Virus record (IMG/VR): IMGVR_UViG_2912889086_000006
Coordinates: 1-64,000 of that record
DNA: 64,000 nt
Direction: 5' to 3' (one strand)
Origin: an uncultured virus (IMG/VR IMGVR_UViG_2912889086_000006)
Lineage: Duplodnaviria > Heunggongvirae > Uroviricota > Caudoviricetes
A program made the translations under genes and the position numbers. Under the pieces are notes generated by a model. The model searched no databases and was not told where the DNA came from. It was given only the letters and a program-made list of their open reading frames with translations. This document shows positions 16,616 to 25,693 of this stretch, piece after piece. The stretch's first letter is position 1; each line of letters begins with the position of its first letter.

Positions 16616-19390
16616 TTGGAGAATAAACAGTTTTATACATACAAGTTCAACTCTTCTAGACTTAAAGAATTTGGCTATAACATATCATTATCATTCGAAG
16701 AAGCTCAAGAGTACAACGAAGTTATTGCTTTATTTGATAATCAAATTTTAAGATCTATTAGGGACATAAAAAACAGGGAAGTTGACTACACATACCTTGA
16801 ATTACTTAACAAAGAGAAGGAAACTTTACAAAGACTAAATCATTCACAGGATATTTCAAAGAAGTTGAAGGGTATCCAAAATGAAATTAATGAAATTCTG
16901 TTTATTCCAGAATACATAACAATTAAAATGGATCATCCCAGTCATTATAAAGATTTACATAAAAATGGACTCACTTTAAATAATAAAAAGTTTATTCGAT
17001 TCTCGTCTTCCGCGGGACAAGCAAGGGTTTCAACTGTTGTATTTATCGAAGAAGAGACTGCCAAAAGACTTAATCAAATTCTGGATAACGGAAGAGATTT
17101 AAACAAAGCCCTAGTCCCTTCTAAATTTAATGCTTATAAGGGGTTATCTGGCAGTGCTACCCAAGTGGTTAGTACTCCGCGATTTTGCTTAGTTCCTGAT
17201 TACTATAGCGATACAAAAGTTAAAGTGAACTTTGTAACTGAAACAGACTATGAAGATGATGACATTATTGAAATTAAGGATATTGTTGAATCATTTAACC
17301 GTTTTGATGGACAAGGTTTAATTAGCTACGAAATGGCTAAAAAGTGGGCAGAGGAATTAGGTTTAGACTATGTCCCAGCGCAATGGTGTATCAGACAGAA
17401 CTTTATTAAAGGAATGCTAAATACCTTCCCTATTCATGAGTTTTGCGAAAAAGTAAACAATGGGAATTATAGAATCAGAACATCTTATAAAGACTCTGAC
17501 GGGAACCCAAAAATTGTGGATTTAAGGGATATTGATGTTATCCTCACTGAAAGCCAATTTAAACTCTGGGACAGCTTCCCTTCCATTGAGGTTTATGAAA
17601 ATAACTGTAAAAAGAATAACTTAAAATGGGGAGTTTCACTGCACAGCCCCAAAAAAGATAAAGACATTTTGAAAATGAACTATCAATTTTTACAGACTCT
17701 GAATCTAAACCATGAAGACATTGAAAAGATCTGTGAGAAATTTGTTAACTGGATAACCGGGGTCAATTCAGGCAACATCTATTACACCATCTTGTTTCTG
17801 CTGGGTACTGATGTCACAGACGAAAAAATTACGAATTACATGGAGAAATCTGATAATCATTGGGTTAAGTCTTTAATAGTTAACCCTGACTTAATCAACG
17901 ACAAATACATAAAAAAGAAAATTTATGACTTAATGAAAAAGAAAATCCAACGCGGATGCCTTGGGGACATAATCTTAGATGGCAACTTCCAGACTCTTGT
18001 TAGCGATCCCTATGCGATGATGCAGCACGTTTGTGGGCTAGAGGTAACAGGGCTTTTAGGTAAGCGTGAATACTACTCAAATTATTGGAATCAAAAAGGG
18101 GCCAAATATGTTGACAGTATGCGCGCTCCCCTCACCTATCGCAGTGAACATTTGATTTTGAATCTAAAACGAAATGAGCAGTTGGATTATTGGTACAGAC
18201 ATAATTACACAGGCATCATTGTGAATGTGCATGGATCGGAAACAATGAATTGGGCTGGTAGTGATTTTGACTATGACATTATTGCAACAACTTCGGATAA
18301 AACAGTATTAAAAGGGGTTTATAAAGATGAGTTGCCAGTGGCCTACACCCCTCCCACTTCAACCAAAAAGGTTTTGACTGAGGAAGATTTATTCAATGCA
18401 GACCTTTTTTCATTTGGCTCGATTATTGGTTCAATCACCAATAAAAGCACGAGTGGCTATGCTCTTCTTTCTCAGCTTGATACTGATTCTGAAGAGTATC
18501 TCGCCACATTAAATCGAGTAAAAATGTGTACCAAATTGCAAAGTGCTCAAATTGATAAGGCCAAAATTGGACGAGAAGTTAAAGGTATTCCTTCGCGCTG
18601 GATTAATTATCAAAAGATCAAAAAAGATGACTCGGAGAATGTTAAGACAACTAAGGAATTTTACAATAAAATCTTATTGGATAAACACCCTTATTTTTTT
18701 ATTTATTTATACAAAGGAACTAAAAACAAATACAAAAAACATGTCAAAACCTATGATATCACTTGCAAGCAGAAATTTGGGATTAGTCTTCAGGAGCTCA
18801 AGAAAGTAAAACGAAAAACAAAGGAGCAACATGAATTCCTTAGGTTATTTGAAAGGTTTAATCCTGTGATTGAGAGTGACTGTGTAATGAACAGACTCTG
18901 TAAGTACATTGAATCCGTTGACTTTGGTATTAGAAACATTGTTAACAAGGATGTCGATGATGAAGTTTACCAGTTTTATATGAATGATACCGTTGAATTT
19001 GATGAATCACGTTACAGGAATGTAGCAAAAGTATATCAAAAACATAAAAAAAGCATTAATCAATCTTTTTCATTGGGAACAAATAGTAGCGGAGATAAAA
19101 ATTTATATGATTCAGATCTCTGCAGCAATTTCTCTAATTCCCTAGAGTTATTCAAACAAAGAATCAATGATATTTGCTCCAATATTTACGAGGCAGTTAA
19201 TTACCTTGTTCGCTTATTTTATGTTGATGAAAAGAGCTCAAATAAAGAGATTCTATGGCATCTCTATGGCAAATACATATTTGAAAACGTAAAAGCAAAA
19301 CGTAAAAGCTTCAACATCCCTGTACTTGATCAAGAAGGTGATATTAACTACCTTAATAAACATTACTCATTAAGAAAGGTGTGTCTATGA
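16616..19390 (+). CDS. yonO: YonO-like single-subunit DNA-dependent RNA polymerase
   Basis: 924 aa, DGQG, R.P and DFDYD (DxDxD) motifs of double-psi-barrel/RdRP-like enzymes; position upstream of HU. Confidence 0.8.
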   Translation: MENKQFYTYKFNSSRLKEFGYNISLSFEEAQEYNEVIALFDNQILRSIRDIKNREVDYTYLELLNKEKETLQRLNHSQDISKKLKGIQNEINEILFIPEYITIKMDHPSHYKDLHKNGLTLNNKKFIRFSSSAGQARVSTVVFIEEETAKRLNQILDNGRDLNKALVPSKFNAYKGLSGSATQVVSTPRFCLVPDYYSDTKVKVNFVTETDYEDDDIIEIKDIVESFNRFDGQGLISYEMAKKWAEELGLDYVPAQWCIRQNFIKGMLNTFPIHEFCEKVNNGNYRIRTSYKDSDGNPKIVDLRDIDVILTESQFKLWDSFPSIEVYENNCKKNNLKWGVSLHSPKKDKDILKMNYQFLQTLNLNHEDIEKICEKFVNWITGVNSGNIYYTILFLLGTDVTDEKITNYMEKSDNHWVKSLIVNPDLINDKYIKKKIYDLMKKKIQRGCLGDIILDGNFQTLVSDPYAMMQHVCGLEVTGLLGKREYYSNYWNQKGAKYVDSMRAPLTYRSEHLILNLKRNEQLDYWYRHNYTGIIVNVHGSETMNWAGSDFDYDIIATTSDKTVLKGVYKDELPVAYTPPTSTKKVLTEEDLFNADLFSFGSIIGSITNKSTSGYALLSQLDTDSEEYLATLNRVKMCTKLQSAQIDKAKIGREVKGIPSRWINYQKIKKDDSENVKTTKEFYNKILLDKHPYFFIYLYKGTKNKYKKHVKTYDITCKQKFGISLQELKKVKRKTKEQHEFLRLFERFNPVIESDCVMNRLCKYIESVDFGIRNIVNKDVDDEVYQFYMNDTVEFDESRYRNVAKVYQKHKKSINQSFSLGTNSSGDKNLYDSDLCSNFSNSLELFKQRINDICSNIYEAVNYLVRLFYVDEKSSNKEILWHLYGKYIFENVKAKRKSFNIPVLDQEGDINYLNKHYSLRKVCL

Positions 19391-20187
19391 TAGACAAATT
19401 TAAGTTTAAAGAGAAAGAATATGCAGAAGCAATTATTGAAAATGGATTCATTTCAAAGAACCTCAATTATGAACTGAAGTTATTGGCAATGTACTATAAA
19501 GAATTAGGGTATAAGCCTAAAAAACGTGAAGAGCTCCTTTATGATTTCTGCAAAAAGAACATTGAAAACTTTAGTCGGGTTCTTTATTACAAAAAAATTA
19601 ATTCGGTACTTAATTATGCAAGAAAAAAAGAAAATATTTTAATCAATGCAAATGAAATTGATATAACGGAGAATGAACTTCGATTTATTGATTCTTTAGA
19701 TATCAACCATCAACAAAAAAAGCTCTGCTTTACCCTTCTTGTCTTAGCAAAATTATATTCGACAGTTCATCACATCAAATACGGGAAGCATACAACAGAA
19801 CACTATTTTGGCGGAAACAACAAAAGATACAAAGAACTTATAGATGCTTCTCATACTTCGCTAACTGCCAACAAGCTGCATCAAAACATTGGCGAATTGG
19901 CCAAGAAGGATATTGTTGAAATTCGGAATAAAGGATTTATTAAATTAAGTTTTATCTATGGTATTGAACCCGGCGGAGAAACGGCTATTAAAATAAAATC
20001 GTTTGACAGTATCGGTCTCTATTATGATCTGCACACTGGTCAAAAGAAAGTTAAATCATGCGTCAATTGCCAAACTCCATTTAGATTTAAAAGTAACAAA
20101 TCTAAATACTGCCCACCTTGTGCATCCGTAATAGCAAAAGAAAAAACAAGGACAAGAGTAAGAAAACATCGAAATGTAACGCTTTAG
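19381..20187 (+). CDS. hypothetical protein with C-terminal CxxC…CxxC zinc finger
   Basis: CVNC…CPPC; overlaps RNAP stop. Confidence 0.75.
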   Translation: MSMIDKFKFKEKEYAEAIIENGFISKNLNYELKLLAMYYKELGYKPKKREELLYDFCKKNIENFSRVLYYKKINSVLNYARKKENILINANEIDITENELRFIDSLDINHQQKKLCFTLLVLAKLYSTVHHIKYGKHTTEHYFGGNNKRYKELIDASHTSLTANKLHQNIGELAKKDIVEIRNKGFIKLSFIYGIEPGGETAIKIKSFDSIGLYYDLHTGQKKVKSCVNCQTPFRFKSNKSKYCPPCASVIAKEKTRTRVRKHRNVTL

Positions 20188-20292
20188 AAAAATGCTAAAT
20201 CCCTTGATATATAAGCATTTTTGAACCATACATAAATTTTTATATTATGGATAGATACATAAAATTAAACTTACATTTAGGAGGAAATAAGA

Positions 20293-20568
20293 ATGAATAA
20301 AAAAGAACTAATTGGTGCAGTTGCAGAGGCTACAGAACTAACAAAGAAAGATGTCGAATTGGTTGTTGACTCAACATTTGATGTAATCACATCTGCTCTA
20401 AAAGATGGTGAAAAAGTTAAAGTGCACGGTTTTGGCAGTTTCGAAGTGCGAGAGCGTGCTGCACGCAAGGGGCGTAACCCTCAATCAGGGGAAGAAATTG
20501 AAATCCCAGCAACAAAAGCACCAGCATTTAAAGCTGCTAAAGCTCTTAAAGATGCTATCAAACAATAA
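20293..20568 (+). CDS. yonN: HU family DNA-binding protein
   Basis: MNKKELI…[28 protein letters not shown]. Confidence 0.95.
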   Translation: MNKKELIGAVAEATELTKKDVELVVDSTFDVITSALKDGEKVKVHGFGSFEVRERAARKGRNPQSGEEIEIPATKAPAFKAAKALKDAIKQ

Positions 20569-20588
20569 TTAAAAGGAGAATTATTCTG

Positions 20589-20738
20589 TTGGTTGAGTTT
20601 AACTATGATGATTTAGAAAAAGTAATATTAAAAAATGCAAAGAAGCACAATATTACGATTACCAAAGAACAGATCGAGCTTTTCTTCGCCTCAGAGGAAG
20701 AGTATATGAGGAGTATTGGTTTAATCTCTTCAGAATAA
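20589..20738 (+). CDS. small hypothetical protein (49 aa, MVEFNYDDLEKVILK…), not in ORF track
   Basis: AAGGAG RBS, TTG start, open to TAA 20738. Confidence 0.55.
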   Translation: MVEFNYDDLEKVILKNAKKHNITITKEQIELFFASEEEYMRSIGLISSE

Positions 20739-20749
20739 TTACTCCTCTT

Positions 20750-21233
20750 CCCTCCACTTCAATTTGAAGTGGGTCGGATAATAGTCATTTGCGAGGGATC
20801 GAGGTTAGCTAGCTCGCCTGTATCTCTAGGAGACAGGCAAGTGGCTATTATCGGACGAAAACTGTCAATAAGACCTTTGCTACTAACTACTTTGTAGGGT
20901 GAACCCATCACAGTCTTATTATGGGTGACAGTTTTGTCTTAAATTAATTGCGGTGTACAGCTTCGGCTTGCACTTAGATGAGGCGGATGCGTCTTCCTCA
21001 TCTGAATACTGCCCTTCGACTATTCGAATTAGGCATAAAATTTTTCCGGGTTAGCGATTTTTCTATAATCGTAAAATAAGTGAATTGGCATTTGAGCGTT
21101 TGATCACCGCTCCCCTTTCACTGAAAAGGATTATTTTCGGTCTTGTCTTTTCAAAACTATTCTATTTGTGCTTGCGTTGCCTACGGGTCTTTCCGGAATG
21201 TGCTTCCGAGCCTTCCGGTGCGCAGGCGATCCT
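20750..21233 (+). ncRNA. candidate structured non-coding RNA region upstream of tRNA
   Basis: No credible ORF; nested helices e.g. GATAATAGTCATTTGC/GCAAGTGGCTATTATC, GACGAAAACTGTCA/TGACAGTTTTGTC, AGATGAGG/CCTCATCT, with G-U pairs favouring + strand. Confidence 0.5.
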
Positions 21234-21305
21234 AGGGGCGCATGTTCCTCGGTGGCGATGCGGTCTCCAAAACCGCGTGGGCAGGTTCGATCCCTGTCGC
21301 CCCTG
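21234..21305 (+). tRNA. tRNA-Trp(CCA), atypical D-arm, CCA end not encoded
   Basis: Acceptor AGGGGCG/CGCCCCT + G73; anticodon arm GCGGT-CTCCAAA-ACCGC; T-arm GCAGG-TTCGATC-CCTGT. Confidence 0.85.
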
Positions 21306-21363
21306 TACAAAAGGGTCTTGCAAGATGCAAGTCGCCTTATTAACGAAAAAGGAGAAGATGTGA

Positions 21364-21879
21364 ATGTCAAAAATCGCACTATTTGAAGCTCTCCCTTTAA
21401 GAAATACTATTTCCAAACGTATTCAAGAACTCTTGCAAGAAAGAGATAGCGTTGCCTATGTTGAACACGACAAAGATGAACCATACACTAAACCAACAAA
21501 AACTATTGATAAAATCACAACAGAGTTGGAAGTTGCAAGGAAAGATTATCGTGACCTTGTAGTGTTGATGGCCGAAGCAAACCTATATGCTAAAGTTGTA
21601 TGGGATGAAAAAGAGTTGTCTATAACGGAAGCTCTTGAGTTAGCTCAACAACTAAGAGGTGAAGCTAATAAACTTAAAAACTATGGACGTTCGAAACAAA
21701 CTGAACGACTAGCATCATATTCTGATGTTGTGAGTTATCGTGAAGCCATGTTTGAACCTGAGAAAATGAAATCTAAAGGATTAAAACTTGAAAGAATGGC
21801 GAATCGCTTATCAAATGCAAATGAAAAAGCAAATCATAACTATGAAATTGAGTTTGAGGCTGCTAATAAGTATCTATAA
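21364..21879 (+). CDS. DIP1984/DUF6847-like helical protein
   Basis: LFEALPLRNTISKRIQEL…EANL…SITEALELAQQLR…AN pattern. Confidence 0.6.
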   Translation: MSKIALFEALPLRNTISKRIQELLQERDSVAYVEHDKDEPYTKPTKTIDKITTELEVARKDYRDLVVLMAEANLYAKVVWDEKELSITEALELAQQLRGEANKLKNYGRSKQTERLASYSDVVSYREAMFEPEKMKSKGLKLERMANRLSNANEKANHNYEIEFEAANKYL

Positions 21880-21952
21880 ATGCTGAGCTTTTGCCTTAGC
21901 TATGAGGGTGAAAATTATTTCACCTTCATAGCTGGTGTAAAAATCATCAGCT

Positions 21953-22157
21953 TGGAGCGTCAGAGAAGTAGAGAGCCGCCTTGGTTTGGAGCGTATCCAA
22001 ACTGCAATACCGATAAAATTACAATTTTTTTGTAGGATGGGAAACGGATAACGTTTAACAGCTTACGTTTCACGCTCTTTACAGTTTTACGGACGTTAGA
22101 TATTTTTATTTGGTCATATTTAGACGAAAAAATTTCACTCTGTTCTCTGCTGCTCCA
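21953..22157 (+). ncRNA. candidate stem-closed RNA with 7-nt periodic AC repeats
   Basis: TGGAGCGTCAGAGAAGTAGAG pairs with CTCTGTTCTCTGCTGCTCCA; AC dinucleotides at 22044, 22051, 22058, 22065, 22072. Confidence 0.55.
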
Positions 22158-22214
22158 TTTTTAGCTCATCTACCATGTGTAGAAAGAGTTTCTGAAGACG
22201 TCTAAAAAGACGTC

Positions 22215-23645
22215 TCAGACCGTTGACAAAACAGGTCGGATTTTAAAAATCCGACCTGTTTTTGTCCATTTTATTCTATTATTTCGATCAGAAGGCTGGC
22301 GGTTAGGACCTTTCCAGGTCCAATTCGCCAGCTTTTTCAGATTCATGGCAGCGAAAACAAGCATCGCCTGCATGGACAATTTTTTCTTTCCCCGTAAGGT
22401 TGTCCAGCGCAAGCCATGCTTATGTTTTAAATCGGCAAAAACTCGTTCGATCGTCTCTTTACGTTTGGCATAGATTTGTTTATTCTCTTCCGTATGCCGA
22501 AGATGATCAGCTTCGTCTAAATGATCCTGCCAGATATGTCTGTGAATCATCTTTCGATGATCTCTACTTTCTGTACACGTATGTAGTAATGGACATTGTT
22601 TACATCGATTTGGATCTGAAGCATACTCTCGATAACCTTGCCGATTGGTTGTGCGATAGGAGAGAATATGGTCTTGCGGGCAGATATAGACATCATAAAA
22701 TTCATCGTAAACATACTCGTGTTTTCTCATGAATCCTTTTTTGGTTTGCGGACGCGTGTAAGGCATAACAGGGCGAACGTTTTCTTCATGAAGAAATTTT
22801 GCGATAACCGGTGTTTTGTATCCGGCATCAACTGCGACCGTATGAGGCTTGGCGACGCGCTCTTTCACTTGTTGAAACAGGGTCGTGAACACTTGGCTGT
22901 CATGAATATTGGCAGGCTCAACAACCGTCCCCAGCACAAATCCGTTCCGGTCACAAGCTGTATGAAAACCATAAGCAAAAAGGCGTTCCCGTTCACCCTT
23001 TACAAAATAGCCGCTCTCAGGATCTGTTGTACTTTCTTTTATTTCTCGTTCTTCTGAGCATTGCCTGGGCTTTAAGGGCTTTTTGCCGTTGGCTTCGCGA
23101 TCGGCATTAATTTCTTGATCTAACTGTTCCTGATAAGCTCTTGTTTCTTTTCTTACGATCTTTTTCACAAACTTTTTCTTATTGGCATTCGCTTTGACAT
23201 GTGTGCTGTCGATGAAGGCAACCGAAGGATCGACGAGGCCGAGATCCATGGCCTGACGTAAAATCCTATAGAAGATTGTTTCAAATAGGTCTGTGTCATG
23301 AAAGCGACGTTCATAGTTTTTACTGAAGGTTGAAAAGTGAGGGATTTTTTCAGAGAATCCATATCCAATAAACCAGCGATAGGCTACATCAGTTTCGATT
23401 CGCTTAATGGTTTCGCGCATGGAGCGATGACCAAACACGTATTGAATGAGCACCATTTTAATCAGTACAACAGGATCAATACTTGGACGCCCTTTTGAAG
23501 AATAAAGAGGGGCAACTTTTTGATAAATAAATGAAAAATCAATGGCTTCTTCCATCTTCCTGACCAAATGGTCTTCAGGTACAAGCTCACTTAAGGCAAC
23601 GACTTCAAGCTGTTCACGCTGATCTTTAGAGTGTTTGGTCAACAT
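22215..23645 (-). CDS. IS1182-family DDE transposase
   Basis: GRPSIDP, IDSTHVKANA, DAGY, RKETIERVFADLK; GGAGG RBS before ATG 23645. Confidence 0.92.
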   Translation of the reverse strand: MLTKHSKDQREQLEVVALSELVPEDHLVRKMEEAIDFSFIYQKVAPLYSSKGRPSIDPVVLIKMVLIQYVFGHRSMRETIKRIETDVAYRWFIGYGFSEKIPHFSTFSKNYERRFHDTDLFETIFYRILRQAMDLGLVDPSVAFIDSTHVKANANKKKFVKKIVRKETRAYQEQLDQEINADREANGKKPLKPRQCSEEREIKESTTDPESGYFVKGERERLFAYGFHTACDRNGFVLGTVVEPANIHDSQVFTTLFQQVKERVAKPHTVAVDAGYKTPVIAKFLHEENVRPVMPYTRPQTKKGFMRKHEYVYDEFYDVYICPQDHILSYRTTNRQGYREYASDPNRCKQCPLLHTCTESRDHRKMIHRHIWQDHLDEADHLRHTEENKQIYAKRKETIERVFADLKHKHGLRWTTLRGKKKLSMQAMLVFAAMNLKKLANWTWKGPNRQPSDRNNRIKWTKTGRIFKIRPVLSTV

Positions 23646-23736
23646 GGTAAAACCTCCAAAAATTAGATTCCACACACATTTTAACAAAAAAAGCTTGTCG
23701 ATCAAGCCACTTTTTTGTGACTTTGTCGACAAGCTG
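22216..23736 (-). mobile_element. IS1182-family insertion sequence
   Basis: Imperfect IRs CAGACCGTTGACAAA / CAGCTTGTCGACAAA; 20-bp direct repeat AGACGTCTAAAAAGACGTCT at 22196-22215 and 23737-23756. Confidence 0.9.
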
Positions 23737-23938
23737 AGACGTCTAAAAAGACGTCTTTTGTTATTTGTAAATTCCTTCGGGTGTTTTCCCTCAACACCTA
23801 TCCGATTTATTCATTTCTTATTTTTCCCCTCTATCTCCTCTTTTCGGATTGGCCGATGCTATCGGATCATCGGACTTCCGAAGGAATTTATTTTAGTTTT
23901 ATATATTAATTAAAAGGATTATAAGGAGGAATACTTGT

Positions 23939-24130
23939 ATGGCAAGCAAAAAAGTTCATCAAGTTAATTTGAAAGGTTTTTTTGATATGGATGTAATGGA
24001 AATTACCGAACAAACCAAAGAAACTGAGTATACTTATGATTTTAAAGAAATTCTTTCTGAGTTTAGTGGAAAAAACGTGTCAATCACAATCAAAGAAGAA
24101 AATGAACTTCCTGTTAAAGAAGATGAGTAG
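23939..24130 (+). CDS. yonK: YonK family protein
   Basis: MASKKVHQVNLKGFFDMDVMEITEQTKE. Confidence 0.85.
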   Translation: MASKKVHQVNLKGFFDMDVMEITEQTKETEYTYDFKEILSEFSGKNVSITIKEENELPVKEDE

Positions 24131-24142
24131 GATGGTGATTGA

Positions 24143-25336
24143 ATGACAGCAGTTTTGAACCCCGCTCTTCAACGTGATAAAGATGAATCATTTACTGATT
24201 ACCACATTAGATTATTTAAAAATAAAGATACATACAATATTGATACAAAAACTATTGCAGAGCTGCTGAACAAGGAACATGGCTCTCATTATGATGAGAG
24301 TAAGTGGCGTAAAGATTATAAGCAATACGAGCGCTGGTATGCTTACATAATGTCTAAAAACATTGACAAAGATATTCAAGATAAATACCAAGAACTTTTT
24401 ATTGAATCTGAAAAAGCTAAAGTTAGAAAACGGGATCAAAATAGAGAATTTGCTAAAAAGATCCGTAATCAGGCTCGTTTTGAAAAGATTAAAGATGATG
24501 TAGTTGAAGCTATTTTAAACTTAGAATCAAAGCGGCCGCTCAATTTCACTTCCCCATCCTCTGTCGCAACTGAAAAGCATGGGCTTGCTCTTTTTAGTGA
24601 CTGGCATTTTGGAATGGAGATTGATAACCGAATTAACAAATTTAACAAAGAAATTTTCAATGAACGAGTGGAACATTTAACAAGTAAAGTCATTGAATAT
24701 GGAAAGTTGAATCACATTTCTACGCTGCATATTGCAAACCTCGGCGATTTAATCGGCGGGCTCATTCATGTTTCAACGAGAGTGCAAGCAAACGAAGATG
24801 CTGTTGAACAAATAAAATACGTATCAGAAACTCTTGCTGAAGTGTTGGCTAAGTTTGCTTCCGAGTTCCAAGAGATTAGATTCTATAATGTTGCAGGAAA
24901 TCATGGTCGCCTCTCCCCTTCTAAAAACGATGTTGGGATCAAGGAAAATTTTGAATACCTTATCAATTGGTATTTAGAAGCTAGGTTAAGAGACATTGAA
25001 AACATCTCTATTGAACCTGAGCAAGATGGTTTTATTCCAGCAAAAATCAATAATAGTGAAGTCGTTTTTGTTCACGGACACTATGATCGAGTTGATCAGT
25101 GTGTAACACGCTTGCCTCAATTATTAGGCTATATCCCTTCATACATATTCGGTGGCCACATTCATCACAATTATGAAAAAGAATACGGCAGCACGACCGT
25201 TGTAGTGAACGGCGCTTTAGTTGGCGCTGACGATTATGCAATGCAAGGACGTTTTGGCACAAGACCATCACAGAAATTTTTGGTTTTTGATGATGAGGGT
25301 ATTGAGGCTACATACATAATTCGTTTTAAATCCTAG
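24143..25336 (+). CDS. yonJ: calcineurin-like metallophosphoesterase
   Basis: SDWH, GDL, GNHG, HGH, GHIH motifs; synteny. Confidence 0.85.
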   Translation: MTAVLNPALQRDKDESFTDYHIRLFKNKDTYNIDTKTIAELLNKEHGSHYDESKWRKDYKQYERWYAYIMSKNIDKDIQDKYQELFIESEKAKVRKRDQNREFAKKIRNQARFEKIKDDVVEAILNLESKRPLNFTSPSSVATEKHGLALFSDWHFGMEIDNRINKFNKEIFNERVEHLTSKVIEYGKLNHISTLHIANLGDLIGGLIHVSTRVQANEDAVEQIKYVSETLAEVLAKFASEFQEIRFYNVAGNHGRLSPSKNDVGIKENFEYLINWYLEARLRDIENISIEPEQDGFIPAKINNSEVVFVHGHYDRVDQCVTRLPQLLGYIPSYIFGGHIHHNYEKEYGSTTVVVNGALVGADDYAMQGRFGTRPSQKFLVFDDEGIEATYIIRFKS

Positions 25337-25503
25337 ATCTAAATAAATCTTTAATTTTATCAAAAATCGATGAGGATGATGAAGATGGATAAAACAGAAG
25401 AAATTGAATTGATGAACAGACGTTTGGAACAACTTATTAAATTGAAACAGTCCAGCAGCATTTAAAAAAAAGGAACCCACCGTTAAGTGGATTCCAATTA
25501 GGG

Positions 25504-25686
25504 CTATTTCTTTTTAAAGATGATGTCCAGAGCTAACAGGATAATACAACCTACAAGAATGATGATTGAGATAATATTTGACCCGAAGCCAGTGTTCCAG
25601 TTTTTCCAAATTGAGTAGACTTGGAAAAGGAGCAAAAGGATAACTGCTAACCTAAATGGCAATGTAAATGATTTAATGGTTATCAC
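25504..25686 (-). CDS. small two-TM protein, putative bacteriocin immunity
   Basis: Two hydrophobic helices, KKK tail; directly after secreted peptide gene. Confidence 0.6.
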   Translation of the reverse strand: MITIKSFTLPFRLAVILLLLFQVYSIWKNWNTGFGSNIISIIILVGCIILLALDIIFKKK

Positions 25687-25693
25687 CTATTCT

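Noticed and set aside
9126..20222. Similar AAA(A/T)CC(A/C)TTGATAT boxes at ~9127 and ~20197 after gene ends
   Set aside because: Only two short copies; cannot be distinguished from chance or assigned a function
21085..21416. Four overlapping short ORFs in the ORF track
   Set aside because: They overlap the tRNA and GC-rich structured RNA, lack RBSs and have implausible composition
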